Shown: piece after piece, positions 48,104 through 57,089 of the stretch
Layout: every line of letters begins with the position of its first letter
Position numbering within the stretch: position 1 is the first letter of the stretch
Source of the DNA: Candidatus Avilachnospira sp.
GTDB lineage: Bacteria > Bacillota > Clostridia > Oscillospirales > Oscillospiraceae
Reading direction: 5' to 3'
DNA: 64,000 nucleotides
NCBI GenBank assembly: GCA_045589035.1
Contig: JAZNFJ010000083.1
Span: 6,551-70,550, forward strand
The notes under the pieces: generated by a model
Database searches by the model: none
Seen by the model: the letters and a program-made list of their open reading frames with translations, nothing else
What the model was told of the DNA's origin: nothing
Program-made: the position numbers and the translations under genes

Positions 48104-48247
48104 TTAAAATGCTTCATAGATAAACACACCGTTACCGGTGAAATAGATCAGTGCCAGAATCAGCATGACCGCATAAATCAGCAGCTCCAGGATACGACCC
48201 GGAGTTGTCTTCTGAAAAGCTTTCCACTTTTTTACGAAACCAGCCAC
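48104..48247 (-). CDS. dltX: DltX-like micro-protein (47 aa, single TM, C-terminal FIYEAF motif)
   Basis: Own translation from GTG 48247 (GGAGGTGA RBS 7 nt upstream): (M)AGFVKKWKAFQKTTPGRILELLIYAVMLILALIYFTGNGVFIYEAF. Overlaps the DltD-like stop by 16 nt. Not in the ORF track. Confidence 0.7.
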   Translation of the reverse strand: MAGFVKKWKAFQKTTPGRILELLIYAVMLILALIYFTGNGVFIYEAF

Positions 48248-49101
48248 GGATCGATCACCTCCATAAAGCGGTAAGCGCCATACTCATAGTTGAGATGTCC
48301 AATATCATAGAAACAGGGCACGTCCAAAGCTCGCTCCAGATTCAGCAGTTCAATGCCTTTATCGGCACAGATCTCTGCAGCCTGATTGTAAACTGCTCTG
48401 GTTTCCGGAGATATCTCCACCTCCGGATTGACGGGCATCCACACACACCGCAGACGAATTCCGTTCTTTTCGCAGTAATCTGCCACCTTTTCCAGACAGG
48501 ACATATTCTCTTGGAAATCTTCGATCGGCAAGTTTACATAACGCGACGTTTCTATCTTGGCAGCAAGTTCTTCCGAGGACATGGATCCGGTGTAATGGAT
48601 CTTCTGCCGGTCAGAGTGATCCTCCGGCTCCTTGCCTGCCAGTTCTCTTACAGAGTTTTCCAAACACAGGCGAAGCTTGTCCCGCTGAAAATAGGCATAG
48701 GGTTCATACCAGTCCTGATGCCAAGGATAGGTTGGATGGGTCTCAAACTTATCGTAGAGTGTCAAATCGCTAAGTCCAATCACCAGTTCAGACCCAATCT
48801 TAATGTTCCCCTTTTGGATCATCTGCCACAGATCCCTCACAACACCGTAGTCCAGCCCAAGGTTAACATAACCACTCTCGCTAACTTCTTCCCGATAAGC
48901 GGAAATGACCACAGAATTACCAAAGAAAACTTTATCCCAGACCTCTTCCGGATGATCTCTGCGGGTCAGTTCAAAATCGTTGAGCACAAACCGTCCGGAT
49001 TGGATCATGTAGGGTGTAAAAACCGCAGAAAGGAGCAGGTCCAGCGCAATAAATACCGCAACCAAGGCAATCAGCCAGCCGTTCTTCTTCCAAAAAGTCA
49101 T
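48232..49101 (-). CDS. Membrane-anchored SGNH/DltD-like acyl-transfer protein (short form, 289 aa)
   Basis: N-terminal TM (WLIALVAVFIALDLLL), a nucleophile-type block FFGNSVV, and a C-terminal DIGHLN (DxxH). Directly downstream of the MBOAT with a 4-nt overlap. Confidence 0.7.
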   Translation of the reverse strand: MTFWKKNGWLIALVAVFIALDLLLSAVFTPYMIQSGRFVLNDFELTRRDHPEEVWDKVFFGNSVVISAYREEVSESGYVNLGLDYGVVRDLWQMIQKGNIKIGSELVIGLSDLTLYDKFETHPTYPWHQDWYEPYAYFQRDKLRLCLENSVRELAGKEPEDHSDRQKIHYTGSMSSEELAAKIETSRYVNLPIEDFQENMSCLEKVADYCEKNGIRLRCVWMPVNPEVEISPETRAVYNQAAEICADKGIELLNLERALDVPCFYDIGHLNYEYGAYRFMEVIDPWLVS

Positions 49102-50246
49102 AACTTGAAGAACCCCCTAACCGCCTGCAGAATCTGCGTTCCGTTCATAGTGAAGAACATGGCATTAATAGCAAACAGTCCGTTCACAACAACACAGCGC
49201 AGCCAATAAATGTACTTGTTGGTTTTCCGTTTGTCAACCGTGGTCAAACCAAAGATGTTCTCCACAGCCAGGAAGATACCCATGTACACACCGGTTGCCA
49301 GTGCCATCAAATCAAACTCATGCCAAAGGCTCATAACCAGCATGGTGCAAAGACCAATGACTGCAGACAAATATTTGTTCAGCCGCTTTCCGCCGACCAC
49401 AACAAAAATATGTTCCCGGATCCAGTCGCTGAGGGTCACATGCCATTTACGCCAAAACTGGGTAAAGCTGGCAGCCGTCCAGGGTTCCTTGAAGTTTTCC
49501 GGAGCGGGAATCCCCATCAGTGTGCTGACTGCAATGGCCATATCCGCATAGCCCGCCATGTCAAAAAACAGAATCAGGTAACTCAAAACCGCCAGAGCAC
49601 CGCTGACATAGAAATGTGGATACATCTGCAGCACACGGTTCAGCAGCTGCTGTGCAACGGCTGCCAATACCAGTTTTTTGAACATGCCGCGGATAAAACG
49701 CTTGACGCAATCCTGCGCCACAGGTGCAGTCAGAGGCTTAGGGCTGCGATACAGCTTAATGTAATCCCGATAACGATACAAAGGACCGCCGGTTACCACA
49801 GGAAAGAACAGCAGGAAATTGCTGTATGCCAGAAACGGAATATATTCTTCCGTGTAGTAGACATAGAAGACCGCATCCACAGCCTTGAGCATGTTATAAG
49901 AAAAACCAACGAGAACAAACAGCGACGGCAGCCACGCAAAGAATCCAGCAGCACGCACATAGAAGAATGGTGCGACCTGCAGCAGGCACAATGCTACAAA
50001 CCAGAATTTTCTCGCTTTTTTGATTTGTCCCATCAGCTGAACAATCAGCCAGCTGAACACCGCATAAAAGGCATAGAAAACCGCCAACTTCCAATCCACA
50101 TAGATCAGAAGTCCAAGATCAAACACCAAGAGCCAAGGAGTCAGCCGCTTTTCCGGCGCAAATCTCCGCAGCAACGCATTTCCAACAGCAAAGGCCACCG
50201 CCGCTGCCAGCATCAGCAGCAGAGTGTCCGCTTTTAAATACCACAT
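49098..50246 (-). CDS. dltB: MBOAT family O-acyltransferase, DltB-like
   Basis: 382 aa, polytopic. FWRKWHVTLSDW and SLWHEF histidine motifs typical of DltB/AlgI MBOATs. Confidence 0.88.
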   Translation of the reverse strand: MWYLKADTLLLMLAAAVAFAVGNALLRRFAPEKRLTPWLLVFDLGLLIYVDWKLAVFYAFYAVFSWLIVQLMGQIKKARKFWFVALCLLQVAPFFYVRAAGFFAWLPSLFVLVGFSYNMLKAVDAVFYVYYTEEYIPFLAYSNFLLFFPVVTGGPLYRYRDYIKLYRSPKPLTAPVAQDCVKRFIRGMFKKLVLAAVAQQLLNRVLQMYPHFYVSGALAVLSYLILFFDMAGYADMAIAVSTLMGIPAPENFKEPWTAASFTQFWRKWHVTLSDWIREHIFVVVGGKRLNKYLSAVIGLCTMLVMSLWHEFDLMALATGVYMGIFLAVENIFGLTTVDKRKTNKYIYWLRCVVVNGLFAINAMFFTMNGTQILQAVRGFFKL

Positions 50247-50249
50247 CGC

Positions 50250-50498
50250 TTATGCCAGCTTGCGTTCCACCACTTCGGCAATCTCCTCAATGGTGTTCAT
50301 GGAGTAGAGGGTAATATCCTTCTGAGTGATCTGAATGTTGAAGTGGTCCTCCAGGAACAGAACGATCTCTGTCGCACCCAGAGAGTCCACAAAACCGTAA
50401 TCAAACAGATGGACATCGTCGGAAAAATCCGGATCATCGGCTTCAATTTCAAAATGCTCCAGAATATAGTTCCGCAGAACTTCCTTAATGTTTTCCAT
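50250..50498 (-). CDS. dltC: D-alanyl carrier protein-like acyl carrier (DltC-like)
   Basis: 82 aa; phosphopantetheine site FVDSLGATEIVLFLE. Confidence 0.88.
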   Translation of the reverse strand: MENIKEVLRNYILEHFEIEADDPDFSDDVHLFDYGFVDSLGATEIVLFLEDHFNIQITQKDITLYSMNTIEEIAEVVERKLA

Positions 50499-50513
50499 AG
50501 TTTATTCCTCTTT

Positions 50514-50987
50514 TCAAAGATATTTACAGCACAGCGTGCCAATAGGCTCCATGCCCTGTTTTTTCCAAAATTCCTGAGCATTGGCATTCTTGCCCAGCAC
50601 CTGCAGTTCCATGGTGCTGATTCCCTGCTCTTTCAGCCAGTCTTCTGCATAGGTCGTCAGCTTCTGCGCCAGACCCTGATGACGGGCTTCCGGTGCAACA
50701 TAGAGATCGTTTAGATAACCAACACTACTTTCGCCTTTACACAGATACTCCGGTGCAAGACGCAAAATGGAACAAAACACAAATCCGCGAAGCGCACCGG
50801 TTTCGTCTTCCGCAACAGCCGTCAAAATGAGTCTGGAGCGAATACGGGTTTCCATCACACGAGGCAAGACATCTTCATTGAGATCATAGTTCATGCCCAC
50901 GTCCAGAAGTCCCCGGTGATAGTCACGATAAAGGTAAAGCAGGGCTTCCAGATCCTCAGCCCTTCCCTGCCGGATGGACAAATTCAT
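50514..50987 (-). CDS. GNAT family N-acetyltransferase
   Basis: MNLSIRQGRAEDLEAL..., acetyl-CoA motif LYVAPEARHQGLAQKL. ATG 50987 sits 5 nt after GAGGTGG. The ORF track starts at GTG 50996. Confidence 0.85.
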   Translation of the reverse strand: MNLSIRQGRAEDLEALLYLYRDYHRGLLDVGMNYDLNEDVLPRVMETRIRSRLILTAVAEDETGALRGFVFCSILRLAPEYLCKGESSVGYLNDLYVAPEARHQGLAQKLTTYAEDWLKEQGISTMELQVLGKNANAQEFWKKQGMEPIGTLCCKYL

Positions 50988-50997
50988 AACCGCCACC

Positions 50998-52509
50998 TCA
51001 CAGTGTTGCCTTCAATGCCACACGGTCAATCTTGCGGTTGGCATTGAGTGGGAATTCTTCCATGCAGACCACCTTACCGGGCAGCATGTACTTGGGAATC
51101 TGCTTGCCCAGTTCCAGGTTTACCATGCGCTTATTCAGTTTCTCTTTCGTTTCCACAAAGAGAACAATCTGCTCATTGGGCGCATCAAACACAGCGCAGG
51201 CGTTGGTCAGACCGGCAATGGTACGGGCAGCATTTTCAATGTCCCCCATTTCAATACGGTTGCCCCGCAGCTTGATCTGGCTGTCCTTACGGCCCACATA
51301 TTGGATCAAGCCGTCTGCTTCCTTGTAAGCCAGATCACCTGTATGATACAGTTCCTCATAAAATGCCTTGTTAAGGGGATTGGCAGTAAATGCCTTTGCC
51401 GTTTCCTCCGGTGCATTCCAATAACCAAGCGCCAGCTGGCTTCCAATGACGCACAATTCGCCGGTTTCACCAACGCTGGCTTCGGTACCGTCATCCCGCA
51501 GGATCAGCACACGCATATTGTGCCGCTCATAACCGATGGGCAACGGATCGTTATCCGCAAACTCCCGATCCACCATATAACAAGTGCAATCCACAGTTAT
51601 CTCCGTAGGACCGTAGAGATTGGAGTACAAGCAATCCGGCAGTGCCTTTCGCCACATATTCAGCTGCCTGTTGGGCATGACCTCACCGGCAAAAACAACC
51701 GTTTTCAAATCCGGAAGTTCCATGGTTTCCAGTACACCGCAGTTGGCAACACTGTTCATGACTGTCGGCACCCAGAATACGCAGGTCACCTGCTTCTCCT
51801 TCACAAACTCCATGAGCTTGATGGGGTACATAAACAGAATCTCCGGAATAATCAGCACCTTTGCACCCTTCAACACAGAAGCATACAGGTCAAAGACGGA
51901 ATTATCAAAATGGAAACCGGACTGCAGACCCATAACCGTTTCATTCGTAATGGAATAGGTGTCGGCAATGTATTCTGCATAGTCCAGAACGCCGCGGTGA
52001 GGAATAACGACACCCTTGGGTACACCAGTAGAGCCAGAGGTATACATAATATATGCAGGATCGGTATCGATGGTATCGATCATTGCGGTATTGACAGCGG
52101 TTTCATCTTCTGCTTCTACGGCTAAGTTTACATAATCAACAACTACGCAGCTTTCCAAGGAAAGATCTGCCAGTTTGCTTCTCCCCTCTTCATCGGTAAT
52201 CAGAACGGGAGGCTGCAAATTGTCCAGTGTACGGCGAATGCGCTCAGCAGGCGCGGTAAAATCCAGCGGAGAATACGGAACACCACAATAGAGAGCCGCA
52301 TAAAAACTCACAACGGAAGCATTGCTCTTGGGCAGATAAACTGCCACAGGCTGTCCCCGCTTCACACCCATGCGAAGCAGAGCAGTTGCCACAGATCGTG
52401 CCTCTGCACGAAGCTGTGTATAGGTCAATTCACCGTTATTGTCTTCCAAGGCAATATGATCGGGAAACTTTCTGGCAGCAGCTTCCAGCATACAAGCTAC
52501 AGAATTCAT
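50998..52509 (-). CDS. DltA-family amino-acid adenylating enzyme, paralog 2 (AMP-binding)
   Basis: YIMYTSGSTGVPKG, FHFDNSVFD, NLYGPTE, GELCVIG, YHTGDLA, GRKDSQIKLRGNRIEMGDIE, NANRKIDR. Confidence 0.88.
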   Translation of the reverse strand: MNSVACMLEAAARKFPDHIALEDNNGELTYTQLRAEARSVATALLRMGVKRGQPVAVYLPKSNASVVSFYAALYCGVPYSPLDFTAPAERIRRTLDNLQPPVLITDEEGRSKLADLSLESCVVVDYVNLAVEAEDETAVNTAMIDTIDTDPAYIMYTSGSTGVPKGVVIPHRGVLDYAEYIADTYSITNETVMGLQSGFHFDNSVFDLYASVLKGAKVLIIPEILFMYPIKLMEFVKEKQVTCVFWVPTVMNSVANCGVLETMELPDLKTVVFAGEVMPNRQLNMWRKALPDCLYSNLYGPTEITVDCTCYMVDREFADNDPLPIGYERHNMRVLILRDDGTEASVGETGELCVIGSQLALGYWNAPEETAKAFTANPLNKAFYEELYHTGDLAYKEADGLIQYVGRKDSQIKLRGNRIEMGDIENAARTIAGLTNACAVFDAPNEQIVLFVETKEKLNKRMVNLELGKQIPKYMLPGKVVCMEEFPLNANRKIDRVALKATL

Positions 52510-54038
52510 CAGAGTTCTCCTTTCAGCTGCTTTTTCAGCCGTACACGGTCGATCTTGTCATTGGCCGTGTGGGGCAGTTTTTCCATGGGGAAGAGTTTGC
52601 CCGGCAGCATATACTGAGGGATGTGCTTTTTTAGTTCCAGATTAAAACGGCGCAGAGGCAATGTCCCCTGGGTTTCCACAAACAGCGCAATCAGTTCATT
52701 TTCCTCATCAAAAATCGCGGCTGCATTTTCCACGCCTTCCACGGTCATGGCTGCCGTTTCGATCTCACCCAGTTCGATACGGTTACCCTTCAGTTTAATC
52801 TGATTGTCTTTACGGCCACAGAACTGGATCAGGCCATCCTGATCCCAATAGGCCAGATCACCGGTGCGGTACATACGCTCTTTATAAGCACCTGCAAGAG
52901 GATTCTGCACAAAGACCTTGGCAGTAATTTCCGGATTGTTCCAGTAGCCCAGAGCCACACCGCTGCCAATGACACACAGTTCGCCCTGCTCGCCGACCTT
53001 TGCGGCTTTGTTGTCTTCCGTCAGGATAACCACACGCATGTTTTCGCATGCCTTTCCAATGGGCAGAGGATCTGCATCGGCATAGGGACGATCCACGATG
53101 TAATAGCAGCAAACATCTGTAATTTCCGTTGGGCCGTAGAGGTTGGCATAGGTACAATGGGGCAGATACTTCCGCCAGACATTCAGCTGCTTATTGGGCA
53201 TGACCTCACCGCAGAAAGCCACATTTTTCAGCTTCGGCAGCTGTACCGTTTCCAGAATACCGGAATTGGCAACATTGATCATAACAGTCGGCACCCAGAA
53301 GATGGATGTAACCTCTTTCTCTGCCAGAAATTCCGGCAAACGCACAGGGAACATCATCAGCACATCCGGGATCAAGATCAACTTACCACCGCACAAAAGG
53401 CTGCCGTAAATATCAAAAGTAGAGTTATCAAAATAGAATGGCGCCTGATTGGCCATAACCGTTTCTTCGTCAAACCGGAAGGTATCCACCACCCAATGGG
53501 CATAGTCGATAATGCCTCTGTGAGGGATGGTCACACCCTTCGGCGTACCGGTAGAACCGGAGGTGTACATGATATAAATAGGATCGCTGTCTACCACTTT
53601 AGCCAGAGCGGTATCCACAAGAAGATCATCAGCCGTTGCTGTCAGAAGTTCTTCTATCAGTACCACACGGGCATTCCCAATAACACAATTCTCCAGATTT
53701 GCAGTCAACTCTCCGTTGGTAACAATCAAGGAAGGCTCCAGACTCTCCACGATCTTTTCCAGACGGTTCATGGGAATATGGCTGTCTACCGGCGCATAAG
53801 GAGAACCGGCATACATGGCGCCCATAAAGCCGCAAAGCATATCCACACTTTTGGGAAGATAAAAGATGATCGGCTTTCTGTTGGAGCCGCAGCGCAGCAA
53901 TTCCGAGGCAACAGCTCTGGAAATTGCACGATATGCGCCATAGTTCAACAGCTTTGCTTCATCTTCCACTGCCGGACGGTTTACAAACAGTTTTGCAGCC
54001 CGTTCCAGTAGACAAACAGCAGAATTCATAGGATTCAC
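52509..54038 (-). CDS. DltA-family amino-acid adenylating enzyme, paralog 1 (AMP-binding)
   Basis: YIMYTSGSTGTPKG, FYFDNSTFD, NLYGPTE, GELCVIG, YRTGDLA, GRKDNQIKLKGNRIELGEIE, TANDKIDR. 1-nt overlap with paralog 2 and 4-nt overlap with the lipoprotein gene. Confidence 0.88.
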   Translation of the reverse strand: MNPMNSAVCLLERAAKLFVNRPAVEDEAKLLNYGAYRAISRAVASELLRCGSNRKPIIFYLPKSVDMLCGFMGAMYAGSPYAPVDSHIPMNRLEKIVESLEPSLIVTNGELTANLENCVIGNARVVLIEELLTATADDLLVDTALAKVVDSDPIYIMYTSGSTGTPKGVTIPHRGIIDYAHWVVDTFRFDEETVMANQAPFYFDNSTFDIYGSLLCGGKLILIPDVLMMFPVRLPEFLAEKEVTSIFWVPTVMINVANSGILETVQLPKLKNVAFCGEVMPNKQLNVWRKYLPHCTYANLYGPTEITDVCCYYIVDRPYADADPLPIGKACENMRVVILTEDNKAAKVGEQGELCVIGSGVALGYWNNPEITAKVFVQNPLAGAYKERMYRTGDLAYWDQDGLIQFCGRKDNQIKLKGNRIELGEIETAAMTVEGVENAAAIFDEENELIALFVETQGTLPLRRFNLELKKHIPQYMLPGKLFPMEKLPHTANDKIDRVRLKKQLKGEL

Positions 54039-57000
54039 TCCTCAATCTTTCTAAGTTGCAATGTGACAGCTTCACCATAATGGGTAAATACTGTATAAGT
54101 TTCTCGTTCTGTGATGATCCAGTCAGCACTGTCCGTAGTGTAACCGGGTTCGGTCATCACCTGCTGCATACCTGTGTCCAGAAATGCAATTTCGGCCGCA
54201 CCTTCCGACACGGTAATATCCGCCGGCAGATTGACCTGCCGCAGAGGAGAGGCATCAGCCTCCATCTGAGAAACGGTCACACCGTCATCCAGGCTAAAGA
54301 ACAGGCTGTTGTCCTCCCGGTGCCAGACCTTTGCATTGACAGAATAGGAATTTGTATCCACATTCTCTGCAAATTCCATCTCGATGCCAAGAGCATTCTG
54401 CACATCGTCATTGTACAGAACTCCGTCCTGGGAGAGAGTTGCAGGTGTTAATGTCAGAACGCCATTCTGGTTCTCCACAAACACATCCAAATTTCTAGAG
54501 GCAGCAGATGCCTTCATCATCTGGTCTTCCCGCAAAAAGTTATACCCGTTTTGATGCTGGAAATTAAAAGCTTTTTGGACAAAATCCCTTGCACCGGCAT
54601 CATTCTCATAGCAGAAATCGCAATGGTAATACAGACAGATGGGCATATCGTATTTTGCAGAAATATCACTCCACACAGTATCCGCATAAAGGAAAACGGA
54701 ATTGTTTTGCACCAAAAGGGTATCCTTCCCTTCTCTTTGAAGGAAGAACGGAAGTGCAATCACATTCTCCGCAGCGTACTGGGGTGCGGCACCGGGATCA
54801 CCGGGAGAAGAGAATCCGGAGTTCCAAAGAAGTCCTGCGTCAAACTCTGCATCAAATGTTAGAGTATCACCCAGTGTGCTGGTATACCATGTATGCATAT
54901 TGGCGCCGATACCCTCTGTCTTCACACCGAAGTCAGCAAAGGCTTCCTTATGGCGCCGCAGTTCGTAATCTTCTCTCTCCCGAGAGGCATAGGCATTGCT
55001 ATAATGATGAATACCCAAATACTGGTAATTCTCCCGGGCATAGTCAAACTGCGCCTGCAGTTCCCCCCGATAAGGGAAATACTCCGAATCAATGGGATAA
55101 GCCAGACCATATTCCAGAGAGCCGCAAACCAGATCTTCCGCATCATCTCCATCTACATCAAAGAAGGCTGGAACACAATAATTGCCAAATTTATCACGGG
55201 CGTTACCCTTGTAGTTCATTTCATTTAACTCAATATAGCCATGGTGGATCATCTCACCATTGACACTATTGAGAAGCAGTGCAATGTAGCCATCAAATGT
55301 GCCGACAGCCAGATCCAAAAGACCATCCTTGTTCCAGTCAACCACAGCAGGTGCCAGGAATTTTCCATAGCCCTCATTGGTGCAAAGTTTGGAATAACTT
55401 TCCATGGATCTCCAGTTAAAGGCAATACCGGCATTGGTCTGCTGTCCGTAATACACAAGCAGAACCCCCTGATCGCTGCCAACAGCCAGATCGGTAATTC
55501 CATCACCGTTGAGATCACCAACTGCAGGCAGACTTTGGCCGGGAATATCCGTATATAGCAGAACTCCTTGGTTTACATAACCATTATCGCTACTGACGAA
55601 CCAATATATATTTCCGTCTGCAGAACCTGTCAGCAAATCCAATCTTCCGTCGCCGTTCAGATCCATCATCTGCGGAGCAGAGAAGCCGGAAACCTGTACA
55701 CCGTCCAATTTCTGAGCAGCAGAAACATGAAGGCGGTCTGAATAATTCAAATCATCATAGACATAGATGCAGCCGTCATAAGAGCCGCTGAGCAGCTCCA
55801 CTTCCCCATCACCGTCCACATCCGCAAAACAGGGATAGGCGCGGTAATTATATTCGGGATATTCCCGGAAGTAACTGCCGGCATCTTCGATTTTGCCAAG
55901 GCTCAGCCACTGTCCGTCGCTGACGATATGAGTACCGGAAGAATAAGCACTTTCCTCAAAATCCATGCTGAAATCAAAACCGTCAGCAGATTGGTTTTTC
56001 AGATAATTGATACTTTCTGCACGCAAAAACCACCAATAACTATTGCGAATAATGGTATAGGATGGGATCTGCTGATACGCCCGGCAGATGTCATCAAAGA
56101 CCTTCATGGCATTGTTTGCGTAAGCAGTAATTTCCTCATAGTGCAGTTCCCAAGCCATGGAGGGACTGCCATAGTAACCGTAGACACGATTGAGTGCATA
56201 GCCATATTTTTGCTTTGCCGCATAGGCTGCAAAACGGCTGAGCAAAAGTTGGTTGCAGGAAGCGGTTGTGGATGCAAATGCCGTTTCCCCTTCTTCACGG
56301 TGGGTCATGGCATAATTGCCAAGAGAAAAAATATTAGGCAAAAGCGGATTTGTTAACATAACTCCGCCATTTCCGTACTTATGGAAAGTATAAATTGCCA
56401 ATCCGTTCCAATCCGCCATGGATACGGCTGTGTCAGATACAAAACCGCAGCCATAATCCTGCTTTAACAGGATTTCAGCTTCGTAATATTCCGGATAAAG
56501 GGCTGCAAAATCTGCCACAACCTGCTGGATCTGACCAAGATCTGCCCCAACTTCCGGATAGGTCATGTCCAGAGGACAGCCAGCCAGCTTTTTAACCTCA
56601 GAGATACCAAGATAGTCCATGGGCATAATCTGAGCAAACGAATTGTCCAGCAAGACAAAACCACCCTGCTCGGTATATGCCACCAGATCCGCAGACAGCA
56701 TATCCATATAAGCGGACTGTGTCAATTCCGCATCAGGGATAACCACATCAAAACCGGAAAGATCATACTCCCCGGATACATCAATCGCTTCGGCTCTGAT
56801 ACCCAGCAAAATAGATTGTTCCAAAAGATCCATTGTATCCTGCCAGCGAATGCTGTCGATTGTGCTATCATAAATAACCGCCACAGAAATTCCATAATCA
56901 GAAGAAACTTCCGGTAAAGCTTCTACCGCAGTAGGACGGGAAATAACTTCTACCGGCTTCTCCTCAACCTTGGCGCAACCGACAAACAGGCTCACAAACA

Positions 57001-57046
57001 GGCTGACAGAAACCATCAACCAGAGTAATCTTTTCACCAAATTCAT
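54035..57046 (-). CDS. Large (1003 aa) lipoprotein with a central block of FG-GAP/VCBS-type repeats
   Basis: Lipobox LFVG-C at residue 24. Five repeats: DVDGDGEVELLSGSYDGCIYVY, DLNGDGRLDLLTGSADGNIYWF, DLNGDGITDLAVGSDQGVLLVYY, DWNKDGLLDLAVGTFDGYIALL, DVDGDDAEDLVCGS (about nt 55097-55834). Confidence 0.8.
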   Translation of the reverse strand: MNLVKRLLWLMVSVSLFVSLFVGCAKVEEKPVEVISRPTAVEALPEVSSDYGISVAVIYDSTIDSIRWQDTMDLLEQSILLGIRAEAIDVSGEYDLSGFDVVIPDAELTQSAYMDMLSADLVAYTEQGGFVLLDNSFAQIMPMDYLGISEVKKLAGCPLDMTYPEVGADLGQIQQVVADFAALYPEYYEAEILLKQDYGCGFVSDTAVSMADWNGLAIYTFHKYGNGGVMLTNPLLPNIFSLGNYAMTHREEGETAFASTTASCNQLLLSRFAAYAAKQKYGYALNRVYGYYGSPSMAWELHYEEITAYANNAMKVFDDICRAYQQIPSYTIIRNSYWWFLRAESINYLKNQSADGFDFSMDFEESAYSSGTHIVSDGQWLSLGKIEDAGSYFREYPEYNYRAYPCFADVDGDGEVELLSGSYDGCIYVYDDLNYSDRLHVSAAQKLDGVQVSGFSAPQMMDLNGDGRLDLLTGSADGNIYWFVSSDNGYVNQGVLLYTDIPGQSLPAVGDLNGDGITDLAVGSDQGVLLVYYGQQTNAGIAFNWRSMESYSKLCTNEGYGKFLAPAVVDWNKDGLLDLAVGTFDGYIALLLNSVNGEMIHHGYIELNEMNYKGNARDKFGNYCVPAFFDVDGDDAEDLVCGSLEYGLAYPIDSEYFPYRGELQAQFDYARENYQYLGIHHYSNAYASREREDYELRRHKEAFADFGVKTEGIGANMHTWYTSTLGDTLTFDAEFDAGLLWNSGFSSPGDPGAAPQYAAENVIALPFFLQREGKDTLLVQNNSVFLYADTVWSDISAKYDMPICLYYHCDFCYENDAGARDFVQKAFNFQHQNGYNFLREDQMMKASAASRNLDVFVENQNGVLTLTPATLSQDGVLYNDDVQNALGIEMEFAENVDTNSYSVNAKVWHREDNSLFFSLDDGVTVSQMEADASPLRQVNLPADITVSEGAAEIAFLDTGMQQVMTEPGYTTDSADWIITERETYTVFTHYGEAVTLQLRKIEE

Positions 57047-57089
57047 ACCTCCAATGGGTACACTTGGACATAATAACCCAATATGTAGT

